From positions 1 through 64,000 of the forward strand of contig JAYWIR010000026.1 of the NCBI GenBank assembly GCA_036172245.1: 64,000 nt of DNA, written 5' to 3'. Below, piece by piece: positions 40,501 through 50,453 of this stretch; the stretch's first letter is position 1, and every line of letters begins with the position of its first letter. This stretch comes from Raillietiella orientalis. Lineage: Eukaryota. A model generated the notes under the pieces. It made no database searches. It was given only the letters and a program-made list of their open reading frames with translations, and was not told where the DNA came from. A program made the translations under genes and the position numbers.

Positions 40501-41117
40501 TGCAGGTTTTCATCGAGGACAACGTGATCGAGCGATCTTTCCATTCCAGGTTCGCTGACCATCAAGTTGGCGGCGTGCACGGACGCGCACATCTCGATGG
40601 GCAGCGCGCGCTCCCTCGGGCGGCTCCAATCGTCGGAGAGCAGGCGGACGTTGAAGTCCCCAGCGACGAGGTGCGCCACTTGGGAGCCGGAGTTGTTGAG
40701 CCACTGGCTCTGCACCTCACCAAAGAAAGCCACTCTTTCTTCGAGGTAGCGAGAGCCACTCGGCGCGTAGACGTTCGTAACGACGAGATCGATGGACTCG
40801 GGCCACTTGATAACAAGCTGGCCTATCCGTCCGTTGTCATCGAAACGAACACTACGCACCGCTTCCGCCATTTTTCCTCTTACGAGGAACGCGACGCCGC
40901 ATGTGTGTGCGCCGCCGCACCGCCAATGTAGCGTTCCGCCTGCGCGCTCCTCGATTTCGGCTGCCTGCTCGTCGGAGATTACGTGAATCTCCTGCAGCAG
41001 CGCGAGGTCGAAGGGGCGCAGGGCGTTGGCTACTAATCGCCTCTTCTCGTCGTTCTGCAGTCCGTTCACGTTCCAACACGTTACGGACAGACGACGAGAA
41101 GACGCGATTCCCCGCAT
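37527..41117 (-). pseudogene. B2 ORF2 (APE-RT-zinc finger, ~1200 codons), frameshifted
   Basis: Track ORFs 39804-41117, 38627-39862, 38268-38804 and 37527-38117 are consecutive pieces carrying all APE/RT motifs and CVRCGSTESIPHLLLDC. Confidence 0.9.
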
Positions 41118-43036
41118 TACTGCTGGGAAGGTGGCAGCTTTTTGCTCGCTTTATCAGGCGAGCAGACGGCGAGCAGCACGACTGGCTGGCGGGGACGGTC
41201 GCCACCGTCCTCTGTCGTGCTGCATGCATGTAATGCCTCCACGCCAGGCTTATCCCCGTCGGGTTTCGTGGAGACTCCGCGTGGCTTCGCGGCTAGAGTT
41301 GCCTGGCTGCCTACTTTTGATCGGCGCGCACACGCTTTCGAACGAGTTGTCCTCGTCTCGGTGATCGGAACGGCATCCATTTCGGAGTCCGACCGGCGCA
41401 TGTTCGATCGGGTTTCGGCCTTCCGCGAAGCAGTGACAGGTTCTGCTGTATTGACAGCTGTCCTGTTTTCGTTTTCCGTCACCAGAGCATGCTTTTGGTG
41501 ACGGCTGCTTTCCCGGCGCGCGCGTTTTCAGCGTGCTCACGCGCAGTTGCACGAGGGACCTTTGCTGAAGTCTTCTTTACTTCATTACGGTTCCTCACTT
41601 CGCGTGGCGCCGTAAATGGAGATTGTGCTTCATGGCCATCTCTGAAGCCATCCGCGTCTTTGGACGGGAGCACTTTCGATGGCTCCGACACGCTCGTCAT
41701 GGACGCTGCTTTCGGAAGGACTTTTAATCCCTTCGTTGGCATGGCATCCGCGTCAGTCGAGAGCTTGCTCTCCGACTGCGACGGCGTGAGATTTTTCTCC
41801 GCTTTCGCGGTGTTGGATCGCGACGCGGATTTTTTTTTTGCCGACTTTCGAAGTCGAAACGGCACAACCCTTCTTACCCGATTTGGGCTTCTTAGCCACT
41901 GCAGGAGGTGAAGGGATGGATCTGACGGTACTGGAAGTGTCCTTACCGCCGTTGTCCATTGGCGTCCCCGCCGGTTGCTCGAACTCCGAGAGAGCCGGGC
42001 GTGCTTGGGAAGGACAGCTATTGCGCCTAGGGGGACTTACCATTGCCCCGGATTCCCCGCACCCTTTCTTTTGCGGCTGATCTGCCGCGAGAGGGGGTGC
42101 GCAGGGCTTCGCGTGCGAGGTTTCCTGCTGCTCTTGGGCGACATTCCGCCTCGCGTTTTTACCGAATTTCTGCCGTGGGGTCTCCAGGTTTTTCGCAAAT
42201 TTTTTCTTTTTATCCGCGCTTTGTTTTTTAAAATGGAGCTCCGCGGCTGCCTTTTTTCGCAAAAGATCCGGGCAATTTTTCAATTGGTTCCCGGATAGTT
42301 TGCAATAACGGCATTTTCCGGAGGGGCATTTATCCAAACAATGCCCCTCCTTCCCGCATTGCTCGCACGTTTTTACTTTGCCAGAGAACCACAGGTGAAC
42401 GACCGTGTCTTTCACCTGTAGTTTGGTGGGCAGCAGACGGCGGTCCGGCATTGTAAGCCGGACTCCAGCGACTCCGCTGTGTATGGACGGGAAGTCCTTG
42501 AGGTTGCTACGCAACCTCCACAGCGCATGGACCGTGGCGAATTTCGCCAACGCGTTCCGAATATCAGTATCGGAGATTTCCGACTCGATGTCGAAAATCT
42601 CCACCACAAATGAGTAGTCCATGGCGGCCGGGAAGACCTTCTGGCCACGGATCGACAACGGGGTGCGCAGCAAGCGTTGCACAAGTGCAGCGTCTTTGCA
42701 ACGCACCTTGAAATAGCCCATGTCTTTTACGGGCATAATGGCGAGAAGGTCCTCCTCCCGCACGCCAACACGGGTCAGTTCATCGTTGAACTGATTCCCG
42801 TCGCGCGCAGAAAGAAAACCACTGACCTTATTTCGGAGAGCAGGTCTATAGCCTTGGGCTACGTATGCCCGCAACTCCGACTTGTCGGGTGGTTTTCGTT
42901 TGACGGCTGCTGTGGCAGCAACGTCAGCAAATCTCTCCATTGGCGAGAAAGACGAAGTGGAGGCGGCCGTCGGTTCCGCGATTGCAGATCCGGATGCTGT
43001 TCCTCCAACTTCAGTAGCTTCAAGTTGGGTCGACAT
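41117..43036 (-). pseudogene. B2 ORF1 (RRM-like region, two zinc knuckles, basic disordered tail), two frameshifts
   Basis: MSTQLEATEV.., CEQCGKEGHCLDKC, CRYCKLSG(N/H)QLKNC; pieces 41753-43045, 41479-41865, 41117-41482. Confidence 0.88.
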
Positions 43037-43581
43037 CGTCGTCAAAATGTACGACGCGAAGATGAAGCGGATGAAAGCACGGAGACGAGAGCGAAGAAAA
43101 CCACGTTCGCACTCGATTGAAATCTCCCGCTATCAGGTGAGCCTTTCGCACATTGGTATCCGCCAGCCAGTCGCGCTTCAGGGTTTCCAGCAGCCTGGTG
43201 CAGTCGCGGTAACCCTGTTTGCCGCTGGGGCCATACACGTTTGTGACGATTAGGTCGATCGAGTCGTACCAGCTGAGAATCATTTGACCGATCCGACCGT
43301 CGTCATCAAACCGCACGCCCTTTACGGCAGCGTCGATGGCCGGCTTCACGAAGAACGCGACCCCGCAGGTGTTGCGGAGGCCGCATCGCCAATACAACCG
43401 ACCCCCCGCGATCGTCTCGATTTCCTGGGCGTCTGCCGCGGTGATCACGTGGATCTCCTGCAGCAGCGCCAGGTCGAGCTCACGCAGGGTGTCGGCTGTA
43501 TCTCGCCTGTTGCGTCGTCGCGCAGCCCGTTGATGTTCCAACAGGCCGCGCGAATCCGACGGCGACTGGTGAGCCCAGGTG

Positions 43582-45456
43582 TTAGTCCAGGGAAAACGGC
43601 GATGCGGCGTCCGCCACCTGCTGGGACGGGACGCTAGGTGGAGGGGGAGGAGGGACAGGTACTGAAGGCACCTTTTCCTCCTCCTCCATCGGTGCCGGCG
43701 CGTCGGCCGGATCACCCGCACGTGGAGTCGCGCCTACCTGTTCGCCTTCCTCCATAGGTTCGGGCTGCTCAGGTTTCGCGACTGCGGGGAGGACTTCACC
43801 CCCCTGCTCTCCCTCCTCCATGGGGGTGGCCGACTCGACGGCTTCCGGGCGTAAGTATTCCCTCTCCGGGATTCCCACGCTGCCGCTTCCTTCCGGTTTC
43901 TCCTCCTCGCTGGTGGAGGGGAGGCGCCTCCTGGGTTTCTGGGACTTGCGTCCCGACTTCCTGGGGGGTGCCTCCGAGGAGAAGGATCCGCTTCCGGCCC
44001 CCAGGTCGCACTCACCTGCGGGGGCCTTCTTCGTCGGAGCCGACCTGCGTACGCCCTTGCGCGAAGGGGTTTCGCGCTTGGCGAGCGTTGCTGCGAGCTC
44101 CTCCGCCGCTTTCTCGAAGGCCGCGTCTTCGCCAGCGGCGACCGTTGCCGCGGGCTGCTCCGCGACCTTATCGATCGCGGCTTCATCGTTCACGGCGAAC
44201 GTTGCCGCGGGCTCCTCCGCGACTTTATCGAGCGCGGCGTCCTGGCTGTCGGCGCGCGAGTCTCGCGTCTCACCCTCTCCACGTAGATTGGGCTCGTCCA
44301 CGCGAGTATTCATCGCGTCCGCATCAGCTGTTCCGCGAACATTCCCGCGGGCGGACTCGGCAGGAACGGCTAAGCGTTCCAGTGCCACCGAGCATTCGCG
44401 GAGTTTTTTTTTTGAAAGCGGCGCGGCTTTTTTCTTGTTGCCGGCAGTTTTCTTTACCGAATTTTCTTCTATCATCACTTTCTTTTTTTTCTCTTTTCTG
44501 GCCTGAACCAGCTGCCAACCCTCCTCCATTCCCGCGTCCACGGGAGCTATTTCCTCCGACGTATGTACGGGAGGAAGGGAGGCTGGCAGTTGGGAACGGC
44601 CATTTTCGCGAGCTGGTCTTTCTACCAGCTTTCCACGTTTTCCCTGCGCCTTTTTGGAGGCAGGGGGCACCGGGGTGGGGCGCTTGGGGCACACGCGCCG
44701 AACGTGACCCTTTTCGCCGCATAGGTAGCACACAATGTTCGGACACCTTTTTCGTAGATGCCCTACTGCATTGCAGTAGCCACAAAATTGGCGTTTTCCC
44801 ACGTACCAGAGGTCCACCGCTTCTTGGCAGACCTCCAGCTTGTGGGGAAGCGCACCACCCTCTTTTACTGTGATACGCGCCGCAGCTTGACCCCCGAAAA
44901 GGCTATTGTAGCCTTGGAAAATCGTGGACTTCGGCCACAACGCGTGCACTTCTCCGTGCTCTTGTAGCTGTTCTCGAACCGCTGACCTCGTCATGCGACT
45001 TGAGATCCCAGTGAGATGGACCACCACCGAGCGGTCCATCGTTATCGGTAAGATCTTCCGACCATCAACGATCAGCGGGTCGGTGATCAGGTGTCGGGCC
45101 AAGGTGATATCCTTGCATACCACCTCGACCCGCTGCCCGCCGCTGAGGACGCAGAGGCCGTCGAGATCTTTTTCAAAAATATTGGCGTTCTGCAGCGCCT
45201 TCGTAAAGGCGCGTGCAGTTCGCCCATCGAAAAGGTTGCCTACCTTGTAGACTAGCGAGGGTTTATACCCCGCTTTCTTGTAGGCTTCCATCTCGGCCAT
45301 GGCTTCCACGCTAGGCGCGGCCACCATGGCGCTCCAGGACCTCGGCGTCGCCGGGGACGATTCCGGGGCGGATGCCCCTGATCCAGTAGGCTGTGGGGAC
45401 GAACAAGCCTCCATCACGCCTACTTCCATCGCGGTGTCCTCTGGCAACGCTGCCAT
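43582..45456 (-). CDS. A1 ORF1 protein, 624 aa, Tx1/L1-type nucleic-acid-binding protein
   Basis: Open frame from MAALPEDTAMEV; LWYVGKRQF-CGYCNAVGHLRKRC-PNIV-CYLCGEKGHVRRVC; low-complexity C-terminus. Confidence 0.9.
   Translation of the reverse strand: MAALPEDTAMEVGVMEACSSPQPTGSGASAPESSPATPRSWSAMVAAPSVEAMAEMEAYKKAGYKPSLVYKVGNLFDGRTARAFTKALQNANIFEKDLDGLCVLSGGQRVEVVCKDITLARHLITDPLIVDGRKILPITMDRSVVVHLTGISSRMTRSAVREQLQEHGEVHALWPKSTIFQGYNSLFGGQAAARITVKEGGALPHKLEVCQEAVDLWYVGKRQFCGYCNAVGHLRKRCPNIVCYLCGEKGHVRRVCPKRPTPVPPASKKAQGKRGKLVERPARENGRSQLPASLPPVHTSEEIAPVDAGMEEGWQLVQARKEKKKKVMIEENSVKKTAGNKKKAAPLSKKKLRECSVALERLAVPAESARGNVRGTADADAMNTRVDEPNLRGEGETRDSRADSQDAALDKVAEEPAATFAVNDEAAIDKVAEQPAATVAAGEDAAFEKAAEELAATLAKRETPSRKGVRRSAPTKKAPAGECDLGAGSGSFSSEAPPRKSGRKSQKPRRRLPSTSEEEKPEGSGSVGIPEREYLRPEAVESATPMEEGEQGGEVLPAVAKPEQPEPMEEGEQVGATPRAGDPADAPAPMEEEEKVPSVPVPPPPPPSVPSQQVADAASPFSLD
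44080..44245 (-). repeat. In-frame 57-bp (19-aa) tandem repeat x3 in A1 ORF1
   Basis: DAALDKVAEEPAATFAVND / EAAIDKVAEQPAATVAAGE / DAAFEKAAEELAATL. Confidence 0.8.
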
Positions 45457-45558
45457 CGGACACCGACGATGTGCACGCACAAATCACTTAAGAAGAAAAA
45501 ACACTCGCTTTGCCACGCAGGCGGAGCGCAGGAAAAGCACGTCCTCTCTCCACAGCGG

Positions 45559-48544
45559 GGATTCGGCGAAGGGCTGAGGAACGACCGGGCATACCACCAC
45601 GCCCGTCTTTACTCTAGGACTCCCGACGTTCGACGCCTGGCGGAGTATAAAGCTGGGGCTGAGCGACAGACCTGGCAATCCGGGTCGGCCAGCTTGCTGG
45701 ACGCCCAAGGCCAAGAATGCTCAGCTCCGGCAAGAATAAACCGCATCCTGCGGGACTATTACTCCTCCTTGTACGCGCGTAGAACAACGGAGCGCGCCGT
45801 GGCGCAGCGCTTGCTGCCGCAAGGCGCCCCCGCGCTGCAGGAGGAGCAGGCACATCAACTCGAGGAGCCTTTCTCGATGTCGGAGATCGTCTCCGCCATC
45901 GGAAAGCTCCGAAAGAGGAAAGCACCAGGGGAAGACGGTCTGCCCGCGGAGTTCTACTAAGGCTTCGTGGCGGAGCTGGCCCCCCTGGTGCATCGGCTAT
46001 GCATGCTGATCCGAGAACAAGGGGACGTCCCCAAATCGTTCCGGTCAGCTAGAGTACGTCTTCTGCCGAAAGGAGGAGACAATCGCAACGTAGGCAACTA
46101 ACGTCCCATCACAGTAGTGAATGCGGATGCGAAGTTGCTTGCCAAGCTTTGGGCTGAGCGACTGGGACGGGTGGCGGAATCCGTGGTGAGTCCGTTGCAG
46201 ACATACGCTGTTCCAAGACGAAGCATGGAGGCCAACCTGTTCCTCGCCAGTACATGGTGCCAGTTGCAACAAGGCGAAGACCAGGGAGGTCAAGAGAATC
46301 CTGGATTCTCCTCTGACCAGGGAGGGGACGCCCTTCATGGAAGAGCCGCGCCCGGTGCCCTTGCGGTCGCAGTCGATCTGCGTAAAGCGTTCGATTGCGT
46401 CGACCAGGAACTGCTTCTGGAGCTCCTAGAACGCGTGCGATTCCCGGCCGTCTTCCGGGCTTACCTGCGCTCCTGCTGGCGCTTCGCTCTAATAAACATC
46501 TCTTTTAGCGGCCGGCACGTGTACGGCGTGCCGGTTCGGCGTGGCATAAGGCAGGGTGACAGTCTGAGCCCCTTGCTCTTCAGCATCTACTTCGAGCTGG
46601 TGCTGAGGGCATACAGGGAGACTCTGGCAACCCTGCCAAGCTCGTGTCCCGGCACGCCTGCCGTGTCGGCCTACGCCGACGACCTTCTGCTCCTGCTCCC
46701 CGGGTCCACCCCGGCGTCGGCGCTCGACGATTTCTTTGAGTTGCTGCGCCGCGGGACGGGCCTCGAGGTGAACAGAGAGGCATCTTCCATCGTTCCAACA
46801 TCACCACAACTTTTCAACCATACGGCGTGGGCCGGACGGCCGGACTGGATCCGCTTGGGGATCCCCACGGGCAGGTGCTTCAAGTACCTTGGCGTTCCGT
46901 TGGGGGACTTCTGCGTTGCAGAAACCTGGTCCGACCGTCTCCAAAAGGTGGAGTTGGCGATCGGCCCGTTCCGGAACGGCAAGTTTTACTTGCAGGAGCG
47001 GGCCGCGGTGTGGAACGCGTTCGCGGCCCCCCTCCTTCGCCCCTTACTTTTTGTTTGCCCCGCCCCTCCCATCATACAGAGACGGACGAAAGCCCTCTTG
47101 AGGACTGCCGTTTGGGGCACAGCGAGGTCGCGAGTCCGATTGAAAGACTTGTGCGCTCCACGCAGAAATGGTGGCTTGGGCCTCCTTACGTTGGAGCGCA
47201 TCCAACTACAGACAACACTTCGGAAGTTAGCCCTTGCGGCTAGCTTATGGATGACGCCATTGTGCGATCCGGCACGGCTCCTCGCCAGAAGAGCGACCGG
47301 CTGCGAAGGATTGTCCTCGATCCTCGTGGCCTACCAGCGCAGACTCTCCAACTGTGGCCATGATTTGCACTAGATGGTCGTCCTGATGAGGGAGAATACC
47401 TGGATCTCCTGCATCCCCTCGAACTGCACTGCCTGGCTTCAGGAGTCAGCTTCCGCGTGGGCTAAGATCAACGGCACGAGCGAGGCGGAATACAACTGCC
47501 TACGACGAGGACCGTACGCTCGACAGCCGCTGCAGGAGATTATCAACACGCCCCGGAAGTTTCTGTGGGCTTCTTTCAGCCCCCTTGCCCCCGTTCTGTC
47601 CTCCCTGAAAAACACTAGGAGCAGCAACGAGCTGGCATCGTGGGAAATGTCCTGCCTCATCTGAGGCAGGAAAAAACCTTCAAAGGCGTGGACGACTCGA
47701 GAGCTCACGGACGCTGCCACCCCGAGCGTCCCGCCTCACGGACTTGCGCGCTGGGGAGAGCTGCTCGCAATACATCCGGAGGAGGTGAAGTGGCCCCCAG
47801 CGTGTTGGGATTGCGGCACACTTCCGTTGAAGTGGCAGGAGACGGCGTTGCTATTTCTGCACTGGGGACTGTTAAGCAGAGCACGCCTGTCTCACTGGAC
47901 ACTGGGAAATGTGGATGCCCGCTGTGTCGAGTGCGGAGAAAGGGAAACCTTCCCGCATCTCACCCTCAAGTGTGTCGCCCTGGATGGACTCTGGAGTCGA
48001 ATCGCCCCACTCCTCCATCTTCCAGTAGGCTACCCTAAGGAAATTTACCGTCGCCTCTTTCTGCGTGACGGCCTGCGCACCGCTGCGTCTCTAGCAGTCC
48101 TCTGCTGCGTGCGCAGCATTGTGCAAAGGTGGCACGCCAGAAGAAGAAGCCCAAGATGCAAAGACGCCAACCACTGGACGACGATCTCTTTAGAGACGGC
48201 GACAAGGTGGCGTCTAGATTTCACAATAAAAACTAAACTTGACTGCATCCTCAACAGGATGCGGAGGACCGACCCAGGCACCCAGTGATCCCTTCCCTTC
48301 CCCCCCTCTCCCCATGCAACTGTTTGCTCCCTCGTTATCTATCTTTTTGTTTATTTTTGTGCTAGTTTTCCCTTCCCATGCGCCTCGGGAATGGACCTAA
48401 CCGGTCTATGCACCGGCAACCGACACGTCCAGCAAGGTGGTAGAACCCAGTGTTTTCCCACAGAAAAAATCTTTTTAAAGACTTTATTATCTAATTTTTG
48501 TAGAAAATTAGAATAATCAATGCCCCGGCATATCCAAGTGGCAA
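45559..48544 (+). mobile_element. Family C LINE, right part (linker, RT, zinc finger, 3' UTR)
   Basis: Resumes GFGEGLRNDRAY; DLRKAFD, GIRQGDSLSP, AYADD, CVECGERETFPHLTLKC; ends AATAATCAATGCCCCGGCATATCCAAGTGGCAAA. Confidence 0.9.
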
Positions 48545-50453
48545 ACGCTGATGACCTGCTTCTTCTGCTCCCCATGTCCACCCCGGCGTCCAGTGTCGAG
48601 GAATTCTTCGACCTGATTCGTCGGGGAGCAAGCGTAAGCGTGAACAGAGAGAAGAGCGTGGTCGCTACTGTGGGTACGTCGTGGGAGGGGCAGTCCGACT
48701 GGATCCGCCTGGGGATCCCCACGAAAGCGAACTTTAAGTACCTTGGCGTTTCGTTGGGCGCTCTCGGCGCAGTTGAAGCGTGGTCCGACTGCCTTCAGAA
48801 AGCGACGCTGGCCGTCAGCCCGTTCATCAATGGCAAGTTCACCTTGCAGGAACGGGCGACTATTTGGAACACCTTTGTGGCCCCCCTCCTCCGTCCTCTC
48901 TTTTTTGCTTTGAACCTCCCCTATGCGGCAAAACAGCGGGCTTAACTCCTGCTTGGAAACGCGCTTAGGGGTCCGGCGAGATCCAGGATCCGCCTTAAAG
49001 ATTTGTTAGCTCTTCGTCGAAATGCTGGTTTGGGTATCCTGACAATAGAGCGAATCGAACTGCAGGTGCAGTTCCGACTGCTGGCACTGTGTGCCTAGCT
49101 ATGGACATCCCCCTGTGTGTGCCAGCCCGCATTCTCCTGCGGAGATGCGCCGCAAGCGGAGGATTTCTCTCGCTTTTGCCTGGCACTAAATACACGAAGC
49201 GGGGTTTCGGGTTTCCATTGCGGCAGTTGACCGCACTTCTGGAAGCTCACTCGTGGATCTCCTGCCACCCAATGAACTTTGAAGCTTGGCGGCAGGAGTC
49301 TGTTGAATCCTGGGCGGCGTTCCAAGGAATACGCCCTGAAGATCTTCGCCCCCTGCGCCAATTTTTTCCTCGATCCTTGGAAGAAGTACTGCAGGACGAG
49401 GTGAAGTTTTCTACCCTGGCTGCCACGCCTGTTGCCACAGCCCTGTATTCCCTCAGAGCAAGAAACGACAGTTACCAACCGGCGAGGTAAGAGGTTTCCT
49501 GCACGATAGCGGGAAAAGCAAACTCCTTGACGCCTGGAAAACGAGTGAGTTAGCGGACGCCGCCACTCCTCGTGTTACTGCAAAGGGACTCCTCCGGTGG
49601 GCAGAAGAACTTGCTGTCACCCCCGAAGAACTTGTAGTCCCTCCACAGTGTGTTGAAGTTCGCTGCTCTTCCTTGCTTGGAAACAAGCCATGCTGCTTTT
49701 CGTTCACTGGGGTTTTCAGTGCAACGAGCGTTGCCATCGTGACTCCGGGGGACTTGCATCTTCCAACTGCGTTCCGTGCGGATCGACGGAGTCGATCCCG
49801 CACCTACTTCGGGAATGCAATGTCCTACAAGGACCGTCGCGTAAACTGGCAACAGCGCTAATGCATTCCGTGGACACCGCAAGAGACTTGCTGCGACGAT
49901 TCTTCACGCCGAGCGGGCTGTCCTTAAGCGCAAGGATTGCAACCATCGGTTGCATACGCGCGATAGTTTTCGTCCGCCAGGCGTTGGTAAACAACGGACA
50001 GCACCAAGAGGTAATCAGCAAAGCATCCTTCTACATGGGAGCATCCGCTAGATGGCCTCATTTCACAGAGAAGGCAAAAAGGAATCTCGCCGCAATACAC
50101 CGCCGGTTTACACACGCTCAGCAGCGGCCAAACCGGTGATCATTGCCCTACCCTCCATAAACTAATTTTGTATTTTCGTTTTACACCCGCGTCCCCATAG
50201 GCTCCGGAATATTTCAGGTGCTCCCCGATTAAATCCCCGCGAGTACGGAGCCTAACCAAAGACCCGTTACCCTTCCCTCCAGTTTTTGATTTTTGTTTGT
50301 TATCCCCTTATTCCTCCCACGTTGCAAGCGGTTTGTTTACCAGGCCTGCGTGCCGGTAATATCTCTATGTTTCCTGTCATTCTGTTGGTTGAGGACATTT
50401 TGCCTGACCAGTTTATTATTATTAATAAATGCCCCGGCGTGACCGGGTGATAA
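48545..50453 (+). mobile_element. Family B copy B1, right part
   Basis: Resumes at ACGCTGATGAC (ADDLLLLLPMSTPASSVE); matches the reverse complement of 37214-39123 including the 3' UTR and hairpin. Confidence 0.92.
50424..50453 (+). terminator. Element 3' signal: AATAAA followed by a CCCGG-loop-CCGGG hairpin and TGATAA (variants at all 8 element 3' ends)
   Basis: Seen at 8683-8713, 13778-13807, 25003-25033, 33872-33902, 37214-37243, 48512-48544, 53768-53798 and partially at 61635-61652. Confidence 0.65.

Larger units (their letters stand above)
37214..43114 (-). mobile_element. Full-length family B LINE (B2, 5.9 kb), innermost element of the nest
   Basis: Complete 5' UTR, ORF1, TAATG (41119-41115), ORF2, 3' UTR and hairpin. 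TSD on the minus strand: ATTTCAATC (43123-43115) and ATGTCAATC (37213-37205). Confidence 0.95.
33872..45558 (-). mobile_element. Full-length family A LINE (A1, ~5.8 kb) containing B2
   Basis: 5' motif at 45533-45544, intact ORF1, APE 43580-43115 continuing at 37213, 3' end AATAAACGCCCGGGGCGTACCCGGGTGACAA (33902-33872). Flanked by GGTTTCGGCG (33862-33871) and GGATTCGGCG (45559-45568). Confidence 0.93.

Noticed and set aside
28554..43114. Large inverted repeat suggesting a DNA transposon or foldback element
   Set aside because: Explained by B1 and B2 in opposite orientation within the nest; there are no terminal inverted repeats or transposase.
37214..43114. B as a self-splicing intron in the APE gene
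   Set aside because: A TSD, two ORFs and a polyadenylation-like 3' end are present, and no group I/II boundary features are seen.
43020..43721. Apparent novel fusion ORFs such as ..AGDFNRVRTWFSS.., 33046-34212 and 56175-58139
   Set aside because: They are read-through across insertion junctions into UTRs or out-of-frame sequence.
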